DNA from: an uncultured Phycisphaerales bacterium
GTDB taxonomy: Bacteria > Planctomycetota > B15-G4
NCBI GenBank assembly: GCA_964490005.1
Contig: CAZBBB010000002.1
Coordinates: forward strand, 7,299-71,298
Reading direction: 5' to 3'
Length of the DNA stretch: 64,000 nucleotides
The notes below the pieces were generated by a model that was not told the origin of the DNA, ran no database searches, and saw only the letters and a program-made list of their open reading frames with translations. The translations under genes and the position numbers were made by a program. Shown piece after piece: positions 9,194 through 16,606 of the stretch. Numbering within the stretch: the first letter of the stretch is position 1; every line of letters starts with the position of its first letter.

Positions 9194-10465
9194 TCAGCCC
9201 TCACCGTCACCTGCCGAGGTGAGTGCGCGCGACTTGACGATGAGGTGAACCAGTTTCGGTGTTGGCGTCAGCTTGAATGCGTCAGGTTCCCAACCGAAGC
9301 CGAGGTCACTCGCCGCCTTTGACGCCGCTTCCAGGAGAGCCGCAGCGTCATCGAGCGCGTATCGTGAGGGTGCGCCGCCGTCGCGACCGAGGATCTCGAA
9401 AACCAGCGGCTCATCGGCCACGAGCAAGGACCGGGACCGCAGGTCGTACCCCGACTTGCGCTGATACGAGACGCCGGCGAGCGCAAGCGCGGCGAGCGCT
9501 GTACGCGCCGCGGTCTCCGCAGCATCGCGCTTGTCAGCGGCGAGCGGCTCTCCGTCGACCCTTCTTTGGAACCGCAACCGTCGCAGCCCAGCGAGGGAAA
9601 GCACGACCGTATGGACCGCGTGCGACATCGTGACGCCTCCGGCCGAGTCGTCGATGGTTGGTGGGATATTGCCGTGATTGATGCCCGCCGGGCTGCCCTT
9701 GTCCCCGGAACCAGTGCGGCTGAACAACCGCGGCTTGCCTTTGTCTGTCGCGGCCTCGCTCTCGAGAGTCGTCCATTCGCCTGCGTTACCCTTCATCTCG
9801 TAGATCGGGCCGGCCTTCTTCTCAATGGCTGCCGGATCAATGCGGCTGGATGTCTTGACGCCCGCGACGATGTCGTAGCCCACGATCTCGGAGACGAGAT
9901 TGCGTTGGAACTTCGCCCCAAGGCCTCCCTTGGGCCCGGTCGAGTCCCAAACGCCGAAGAGAAGAGCCGTCGGACAGTGCTTGTACATCCCCGTCGCGTG
10001 GTTCGGACGAGCGTCCGTGCAGTCCTTGCCAACAGCTGTCTGCCGGAATGGAGTGCCTTCGTTGTCGATGCTGTCTCGTAGAAGTGCGTCCGCGATGCGG
10101 TGTGGTGCTTGCAATGACGTGATCTGCTCGAGGTCCTCCAGGCCGGCCTGATTGCTGAAGTCCACCGACACGACCGGGAATCTCAGCTCACCGCGCCGCC
10201 ATCCCTCGAGCAATGCCTCCTCGATGCGATTCGCTTGCGACGCAACGGAGTCGAGCAGCACTGTCTGAATGCGCTGCCCGTTGACGACACGCTCTTCCAT
10301 GGCGTAGTTCGTCAGGCTCTTTCCTTCCTTGGTGTACGTGGGGGGGAAAACCTTGTCGCCCGGACCTCCTGCCGGAGTGAGGGTGGTGACCGCTCGAATG
10401 GCCACGGCCCCACCTGCCACAGCCTCCTGCAGGACGCCGAGCGACAGCTTGGGAAGTGCAGTCAT
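9194..10465 (-). CDS. cas7: Cas7 (Csb1, GSU0053 family) backbone subunit of type I-G/I-U.
   Basis: Motifs GDKVFPPTY and VLLDSVASQANRIEEAL resemble the Csb1 signature (..F.PTGF.. / DSvqSqANR.E). I place the start at Met53 of the track ORF (MTALPKLSL), which is preceded by a GGAGA RBS. Confidence 0.8.
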   Translation of the reverse strand: MTALPKLSLGVLQEAVAGGAVAIRAVTTLTPAGGPGDKVFPPTYTKEGKSLTNYAMEERVVNGQRIQTVLLDSVASQANRIEEALLEGWRRGELRFPVVSVDFSNQAGLEDLEQITSLQAPHRIADALLRDSIDNEGTPFRQTAVGKDCTDARPNHATGMYKHCPTALLFGVWDSTGPKGGLGAKFQRNLVSEIVGYDIVAGVKTSSRIDPAAIEKKAGPIYEMKGNAGEWTTLESEAATDKGKPRLFSRTGSGDKGSPAGINHGNIPPTIDDSAGGVTMSHAVHTVVLSLAGLRRLRFQRRVDGEPLAADKRDAAETAARTALAALALAGVSYQRKSGYDLRSRSLLVADEPLVFEILGRDGGAPSRYALDDAAALLEAASKAASDLGFGWEPDAFKLTPTPKLVHLIVKSRALTSAGDGEG

Positions 10466-10694
10466 GGGGTCTCCAAGAATGGGTTGGCGGCGGTAGCTGA
10501 TCGAGTCAGTGCCATGGGTGCACCGGGTTCCCTGAGTGAATCGTGCAGTGGAGCTTCGGGATGGCGGTGGACACGGAGTGTCCATCTGAGGCCGCGCTTC
10601 GAGTCTCCCTGCGGAGTTCACGGCAGCCGTGATGTTCCCTCAACTCAGCCCCCTGCATGAACCCGATACATCGGCAAGGGACGGAGCATGCAGC
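10466..10694. promoter_or_regulatory. Divergent intergenic region between the cas7 operon and cas4/cas1, with candidate operator palindromes.
   Basis: Perfect palindrome TGGACAC-GGA-GTGTCCA at 10568..10584. Second palindrome CACGGC-A-GCCGTG at 10619..10631. I could not place a confident -35/-10 pair. Confidence 0.4.
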
Positions 10695-12395
10695 ATGCAC
10701 GACGACCTTGGCAAGAGGGGCGCAGGTGCGCGCCATGTAGGGTCCGGCAATGCGGAGTTGCTCCCCGCCCGCATGCTCAATGAGTTCACCTACTGTCCAC
10801 GCCTCTTCCACCTCGAGTGGGTCCAGCGCGAGTGGGCGGAGAGCGCCGACACGCTGGCCGGCGAGCACGATCATCGGCGGGTGGACACGGAGTCCGGGGA
10901 GCTCCCGCCGCCCGAGGAGCTGGCCGGCCAGGAGGGGACGGCCCGCTCGGTGCAGCTCGAGGCGCCGGTCGCCGGGCTCGTCGCCAAGCTCGATCTCGTC
11001 GAACTGGCCGGCGGGGCGGTGGTGCCGGTCGACTACAAGCACGGCAAGGCGCCGAAAGTCGAGGGCGAACTCTGGCCGGCCGATCGCATCCAGCTCGGGG
11101 CGCAGGCGCTCGCGTTGCGCGAGAACGGCTACCGCTGCGAGCAGGCCGTCATCTACTACGTCGGCTCGCGGCGCCGGGTGTCCGTGGTCGTCGACGATGC
11201 GTTGCTCGAAGATGTCCGGGCCACGATCGCCGCGGCGCGTGCCGCGGCCGCCGACCCGCGGCCACCCGCGCCGCTCGTCGACAGTCCCAAGTGCCCGCGC
11301 TGCTCGCTCGTGGGCATCTGTCTTCCGGACGAGATCAATGCGCTCACGGGCGACGGAGGAGAGCGTGAAGTGCGGCGCCTGTACGCCTCGCGCGACGAGG
11401 CCCTCCCGCTCTACGTGCAGAGCCACGGTTCACGCGTCGGCAAGTCCGGTGATCGGCTCGAAATCACCGACCGCGAGGGCGCGACCCGCTCGGTGCGCTT
11501 GCTCGACGTGAGCCAACTGGCGGTCTTCGGCAGCGTGCAGGTGACGTCCGCGGCCTTCGGTGAGCTGTTCCGCCGCAACGTGCCCATCACGCACTTCAGC
11601 TTCGGCGGCTGGTTTCTCGGCCTCTCGCATGCCGTGGGGCCCCAGCAGGGCCACGTGCGCCGTCATCAGTTCCGCGCCGCCGACGACGAGCGCTTGCGCC
11701 TCTCGCTCGCGCGCGGCTTCGTGCACCGCAAGGTCCTCAACTGTCGCACGCTGCTGCGCCGCAACGCACCGGAAGTGTCGGGCGAAGTCCTCGACGAACT
11801 CGAGCGGCATGCCGCTGCGGCCCCGAGAGCAGAGTCACTCGCCAGCCTTCTCGGGATCGAAGGCGCCGCGGCCCGATGCTACTTCGGCGCCTTTGCGGCG
11901 ATGCTCAAGCCGGCCGACACGACCGAGTTCGACTTCTCGCAACGCAATCGCCGGCCGCCACGCGACCCGGTCAACGCGCTTCTCTCGCTCGCCTACTCGG
12001 TGCTCTCCCGCGACTGGATGGTCGCACTGCTGGCCGTCGGCCTCGACCCCGCGCTCGGCTTCTTCCACGAGCCGCGTGCGGGCCGACCGGCGCTCGCGCT
12101 CGACCTGATGGAGGAGTTTCGGCCGCTCATCGGCGACTCGGTCGTGATCCAGGTGATCAACAACGGCGAGGTGCGACCGAAGGACTTCTTGCGTCGCGGC
12201 GAGGCGGTCGCGCTCACCGATGGAGGCCGCAAGAGCTTCTTTCTCGCGTACGAACGGCGCATGGCGCAGGAAGTGCGCCATCCGATCTTTGGCTACCAGG
12301 TCAGCTACCGTCGCCTGCTCGAGGTGCAGGCGCGCCTGCTCGCTCGACACCTCGCCGGCGAGCTGCCGAGTTACGACGGCTTTCGCACGCGATGA
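10695..12395 (+). CDS. cas1: Cas4-Cas1 fusion (adaptation nuclease/integrase).
   Basis: The N-terminal Cas4 part has LNEFTYCPRLFHLEW and the C-terminal Cys cluster SPKCPRCSLVGICLPDE. The Cas1 body follows (LYVQSHGSRVGKSGDRLEI ... FHEPRAGRPALALDLMEEFRP). The start could be 10629 or 10632 (track) or Met23 at 10695, which has a GGACGGAG RBS-like sequence upstream. Confidence 0.9.
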   Translation: MHDDLGKRGAGARHVGSGNAELLPARMLNEFTYCPRLFHLEWVQREWAESADTLAGEHDHRRVDTESGELPPPEELAGQEGTARSVQLEAPVAGLVAKLDLVELAGGAVVPVDYKHGKAPKVEGELWPADRIQLGAQALALRENGYRCEQAVIYYVGSRRRVSVVVDDALLEDVRATIAAARAAAADPRPPAPLVDSPKCPRCSLVGICLPDEINALTGDGGEREVRRLYASRDEALPLYVQSHGSRVGKSGDRLEITDREGATRSVRLLDVSQLAVFGSVQVTSAAFGELFRRNVPITHFSFGGWFLGLSHAVGPQQGHVRRHQFRAADDERLRLSLARGFVHRKVLNCRTLLRRNAPEVSGEVLDELERHAAAAPRAESLASLLGIEGAAARCYFGAFAAMLKPADTTEFDFSQRNRRPPRDPVNALLSLAYSVLSRDWMVALLAVGLDPALGFFHEPRAGRPALALDLMEEFRPLIGDSVVIQVINNGEVRPKDFLRRGEAVALTDGGRKSFFLAYERRMAQEVRHPIFGYQVSYRRLLEVQARLLARHLAGELPSYDGFRTR

Positions 12396-12688
12396 GCGAG
12401 CGCAACCTGTATCTCGTCGCCTACGACGTGCGCCATCCCAAGCGCCTGAAGAAGATGCACAAGACGCTGTGCGGCTACGGCGACAGCCTGCAGTACTCGG
12501 TTTTCCAGTGCGCGTTGACCGCCGCCGAACGGCAGCGGATGATCACGGACGTGACGGAGATCATTCAGCACAACCACGATCGTGTTCTGGTCGTCGACAT
12601 GGGGCCGCAGGACGGCCGAGGTCGCAAGGCCATCGAGGTGCTCGGTGTGCAGGAGGTGCCGCCGAAGCGGGGGCCGCTGGTGCTGTGA
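12392..12688 (+). CDS. cas2: Cas2.
   Basis: 98 aa, MSERNLYLVAYDVRHPKRLKKMHKTLCGYGDSLQYSVFQC... (classic Cas2 YD.. / QYSVF motifs). Its ATG overlaps the cas1 stop (ATGA). Confidence 0.9.
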   Translation: MSERNLYLVAYDVRHPKRLKKMHKTLCGYGDSLQYSVFQCALTAAERQRMITDVTEIIQHNHDRVLVVDMGPQDGRGRKAIEVLGVQEVPPKRGPLVL

Positions 12689-12912
12689 GCGCTCCGTTTT
12701 CCACCATCTGGTCGATGTCTGCCGCCTGGCGTAGGCTGCGAGCGCTCCGGTGCCGCGCCGGAACCCGGGCAGCGCTCGCAACCGCACGTTCCTTGACAAC
12801 AAGTACTTATGGACGCCGAGCTGCTACCGCGCACTCCCTTGCCAACCACCAGCCCGACCTCTCGCAATCGAAGCTCTACGCGCTCTTCGTTTCCCGACTT
12901 ACGATGCCCGCC
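12689..12912 (+). promoter_or_regulatory. CRISPR leader (candidate).
   Basis: Lies between cas2 and the first repeat. It contains a 10-bp-stem hairpin (12737..12746 / 12771..12780), a possible cas2 terminator, and the only AT-richer patch nearby (ccTTGACAacaagtacttatgg, 12793..). The degenerate repeat is at the far end of the array, which supports this end as the leader. Confidence 0.6.
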
Positions 12913-15900
12913 CTTTCCGCAGTCGCAAGACTGCGGCCCCGTTGAAGCGACATGCGGATGCGCGCGCTCGAGGCGAGCGTCGAGCCTTTCCGCAGTCGCA
13001 AGACTGCGGCCCCGTTGAAGCGATGCCGCCACGGCGGGCGTGGACACGGTCGGGGAGCTTTCCGCAGTCGCAAGACTGCGGCCCCGTTGAAGCCGATGCC
13101 GGTTTTGCGGATCGTAGAGACGGCGAGCTTTCCGCAGTCGCAAGACTGCGGCCCCGTTGAAGCGGCATGGGCTTGCCTCCGGGGATCAACGCGGTCCAGA
13201 GCTTTCCGCAGTCGCAAGACTGTGGCCCCGTTGAAGCGCGCGCAGATCGCTCACGTCCACGCCGAGCGCTTCCCTTTCCGCAGTCGCAAGACTGCGGCCC
13301 CGTTGAAGCCCGGCGACGCGGCCACGCAGATCGCGCGCACGATCCTTTCCGCAGTCGCAAGACTGCGGCCCCGTTGAAGCACGACCAACGAGCGCGACGA
13401 GTTCGTCTGCGGATACTTTCCGCAGTCGCAAGACTGCGGCCCCGTTGAAGCAGGCGCAGCACCACCTTGTCGACGGCGGCCGGCGAGCTTTCCGCAGTCG
13501 CAAGACTGCGGCCCCGTTGAAGCACGATGCGCCGCGATGCGTGCGCGGTAGGTGGCGGCGACTTTCCGCAGTCGCAAGACTGCGGCCCCGTTGAAGCCTC
13601 GACATGACGCAGCCGGGCGGCCCGGGGCGCTGGATCTTTCCGCAGTCGCAAGACTGCGGCCCCGTTGAAGCCACGTCGCGGATGTCGCGTGTCGTCAGGG
13701 CCTCGGCCCTTTCCGCAGTCGCAAGACTGCGGCCCCGTTGAAGCCTTGTTCATGCGCGGCCACGGTAGCGATTCGCGCGGGGCCTTTCCGCAGTCGCAAG
13801 ACTGCGGCCCCGTTGAAGCTACGAGGGCCTGAGCGACATGCCGCTGCGCCAGAGCGCTTTCCGCAGTCGCAAGACTGCGGCCCCGTTGAAGCTCCAGCAT
13901 CGCGAACACCAGGCCAAGGCGATCCGTCTTTCCGCAGTCGCAAGACTGCGGCCCCGTTGAAGCCTCCTAAGCCTAGTATCGCTGATATCGGGCTTCCGCT
14001 TTCCGCAGTCGCAAGACTGCGGCCCCGTTGAAGCCAGCGTGGCCGACGCGCGGCCGACCTGCTGGACGACTTTCCGCAGTCGCAAGACTGCGGCCCCGTT
14101 GAAGCGTGCCACACGGCTGGGGCCTGGACTCCACGCACGACCTTTCCGCAGTCGCAAGACTGCGGCCCCGTTGAAGCACGGCCAGGACGGTGACCTGCAC
14201 GGCCTCGGCGATCCTTTCCGCAGTCGCAAGACTGCGGCCCCGTTGAAGCCTGCGCAGGCACCGCTCGGCGCTCGGATGGTCCGGCTTTCCGCAGTCGCAA
14301 GACTGCGGCCCCGTTGAAGCAATACGGGAAATCTCTTCTCACCCCGCCGCGTTTCCTTTCCGCAGTCGCAAGACTGCGGCCCCGTTGAAGCGTGTTCGTC
14401 GACGGCGTGACGGTCGCGGCGGCGGCGCTTTCCGCAGTCGCAAGACTGCGGCCCCGTTGAAGCGCGTTCCTGCGCAGCGTGAACGAGAACTCCGGGCTGG
14501 CTTTCCGCAGTCGCAAGACTGCGGCCCCGTTGAAGCGACAGCACGAGGCGGCGGTGCTCGTTCGCGATCCGCTGCTTTCCGCAGTCGCAAGACTGCGGCC
14601 CCGTTGAAGCATCAAGCAAGCGCAGGGGCTCGGCTTCGCGGGCCGCGCTTTCCGCAGTCGCAAGACTGCGGCCCCGTTGAAGCACAACCACGGAAGGACA
14701 GGACATCGGCGATTCGGCACTTTCCGCAGTCGCAAGACTGCGGCCCCGTTGAAGCGCGAGAATCGCGTCGTGATTCTTGCCCGCCCCGCTGACTTTCCGC
14801 AGTCGCAAGACTGCGGCCCCGTTGAAGCCACGAGCACCGCGCGATTGATGCGCTGCGACGTGCGCTTTCCGCAGTCGCAAGACTGCGGCCCCGTTGAAGC
14901 AGGGCGTCGCCATCGCCATCGCCGAGCCCGCGATCCTTTCCGCAGTCGCAAGACTGCGGCCCCGTTGAAGCACGAGGACCGTGTACCCCGGCAGCGTCAT
15001 CGCGAGGCCTTTCCGCAATCGCAAGACTGCGGCCCCGTTGAAGCCAGCTCGCCGCCCTCGCCGCCGCCGCCGCCCTCGCCTTTCCGCAGTCGCAAGACTG
15101 CGGCCCCGTTGAAGCTCCGAGACCGGGATCACGACGACGTGGAACAGTTGCCTTTCCGCAGTCGCAAGACTGCGGCCCCGTTGAAGCAATGCGCCGATCA
15201 TGTCCCTAGTCTCCGGCGACCTACTTTCCGCAGTCGCAAGACTGCGGCCCCGTTGAAGCATCGCTCTCGGGGTGGCTCAGCTCGTCGCTGTGGCCCTTTC
15301 CGCAGTCGCAAGACTGCGGCCCCGTTGAAGCCACGACGAAGAAACCGATACGCGCGTGGAAATCGTCCTTTCCGCAGTCGCAAGACTGCGGCCCCGTTGA
15401 AGCGCGAGGTCGGGGCCTTCATCCAGATCGCCGAACCATCCTTTCCGCAGTCGCAAGACTGCGGCCCCGTTGAAGCGTGCCGCCGTCCGACTGGGTCGCC
15501 AACACGGCCGGCAACTTTCCGCAGTCGCAAGACTGCGGCCCCGTTGAAGCGGATCGGACGCGGGCCACGTCGAGCGCGCCCCCGGCGCTTTCCGCAGTCG
15601 CAAGACTGCGGCCCCGTTGAAGCCGCCGCCTCCCTCAGCGCCGCCGCCGCCTCCTCGCGCACTTTCCGCAGTCGCAAGACTGCGGCCCCGTTGAAGCGAG
15701 CCGGTGGAAGTGCTCAAGGCGCTCGCCTGCTACCTTTCCGCAGTCGCAAGACTGCGGCCCCGTTGAAGCCCCCTAGTGCCCCGTGATTTGAAGCGCGCGC
15801 GCGATCCTTTCCGCAGTCGCAAGACTGCGGCCCCGTTGAAGCACACACGCGCGAGCCGAGGCCGCAGCGACGGCGCTGGCTTTCCGCAGTCGCAAGACTG

Positions 15901-16421
15901 CGGCCCCGTTGAAGCACGACCGGCGTGAACGTGATTCCCTGGGCGGCAATCCTTTCCGCAGTCGCAAGACTGCGGCCCCGTTGAAGCGCGTTGCCGTTGC
16001 GGCCGAGCCACTCGGCAGCGGTCTCTTTCCGCAGTCGCAAGACTGCGGCCCCGTTGAAGCGTCGACCTCGCGCGCACGCGCCCCGACCTCGCGTGGACTT
16101 TCCGCAGTCGCAAGACTGCGGCCCCGTTGAAGCCTCTCGGCGTGCCCGAACTGCCACGGCTGAATGATCTCTTTCCGCAGTCGCAAGACTGCGGCCCCGT
16201 TGAAGCGCCTCGGCGTGGTACAGGTAGAACTTCGGCGTAGACTTTCCGCAGTCGCAAGACTGCGGCCCCGTTGAAGCGACGTGACCGTCAACTCGGATGC
16301 CGTCGAGCGGATCCTTTCCACAGTCGCAAGACTGCGGCCCCGTTGAAGCAAGAGGGCCGCCGCGCAGCTTGGCGTTGGGCGCTACCTTTCCGCAGTCGCA
16401 AGACTGCGGCCCCGTTGATGA
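12913..16421 (+). CRISPR. CRISPR array: 49 repeats of 36 bp (CTTTCCGCAGTCGCAAGACTGCGGCCCCGTTGAAGC) and 48 spacers of 34-39 bp.
   Basis: Repeats counted one by one. The repeat has an 8-bp stem CCGCAGTC/GACTGCGG with a GCAA loop and a 12-nt tail ending GTTGAAGC (I-C/I-U-like). Variant repeats: R5 (13202, C22T), R30 (15009, G10A) and R48 (16314, G7A). The terminal R49 (16386) is degenerate at its 3' end (GTTGATGA). Confidence 0.97.
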
Positions 16422-16471
16422 GGTCGCGTGCCAATGCCAATTGGCTCGTTCCGCACTTCACACGCGTTCCA

Positions 16472-16606
16472 TGCGCCTCGTGCGGGGGCTCGCGAACGGC
16501 AGCCTTTCGGGGGGCGGAGTGAGCGAGCCCCCGCACGAGGCGCCCGCGCCGACCGTGCCGCGCTACGGCTGCTGTCCTTCGCCGTCCGCCGCGCGCCTGG
16601 CCGCGA
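16472..16606. repeat. Direct repeat DR-B (135 bp): the genuine 3' end of the SGNH/TPR gene plus its downstream hairpin; right boundary of the CRISPR-cas block.
   Basis: 132/135 identical to 3586..3720. It covers the last 14 codons and stop codon (16563..16565) of the minus-strand gene and 91 bp downstream. Confidence 0.85.
16473..16543. repeat. E1 hairpin element, copy b (inside DR-B); likely terminator of the SGNH/TPR gene.
   Basis: Same sequence as 3587..3657. It ends 19 nt before the minus-strand stop codon, i.e. it lies just downstream of the gene. Confidence 0.75.

Larger units (their letters stand above)
3586..16606. mobile_element. Putative genomic island: a CRISPR-cas block of 12,751 bp (3721..16471) bounded by the 135-bp direct repeats. 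No recombinase gene recognised.
   Basis: Direct repeats lie at both ends. The left copy is a redundant fragment of the gene that abuts the right copy. The cas operon looks less GC-rich than the flanks by eye (not computed). Confidence 0.4.

Noticed and set aside
3723-10465. Alternative classification of the effector operon as type I-C or I-E.
   Set aside because: No Cas8c/Cse1, Cse2 or stand-alone Cas5/Cas6 is present. The Cas4-Cas1 fusion, the C-terminal HD of Cas3 and the Csb1/Csb2 motifs all fit I-G/I-U.
12793-12815. TTGACA hexamer in the leader as the -35 box of the array promoter.
   Set aside because: No acceptable -10 hexamer lies 16-18 bp downstream. I keep it only as a note inside the leader feature.
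13202-16349. Using the three single-base repeat variants (R5 C22T, R30 G10A, R48 G7A) to infer the transcribed strand from G-U wobble preservation.
   Set aside because: One variant preserves pairing on the plus-strand RNA and two on the minus-strand RNA. All are plain transitions, so they carry no strand information.
12750-16351. Many ORFs across the CRISPR array (e.g. 12899..13909, 13695..14951, 13819..15261, 14677..15786) with recurring peptides FNGAAVLRLRKG, STGPQSCDCGK and LQRGRSLATAES.
   Set aside because: The recurring peptides are simply the 36-bp repeat translated in three frames. They are not genes.
3721-16471. Search for an integrase, transposase, Tn7-like tns genes or IS ends inside the repeat-bounded cas block (a CRISPR-associated transposon idea).
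   Set aside because: Every substantial ORF is accounted for by cas genes. I saw no tnsA/B/C, tniQ, tyrosine or serine recombinase motifs and no terminal inverted repeats. Cas3 is intact, unlike in CAST systems.
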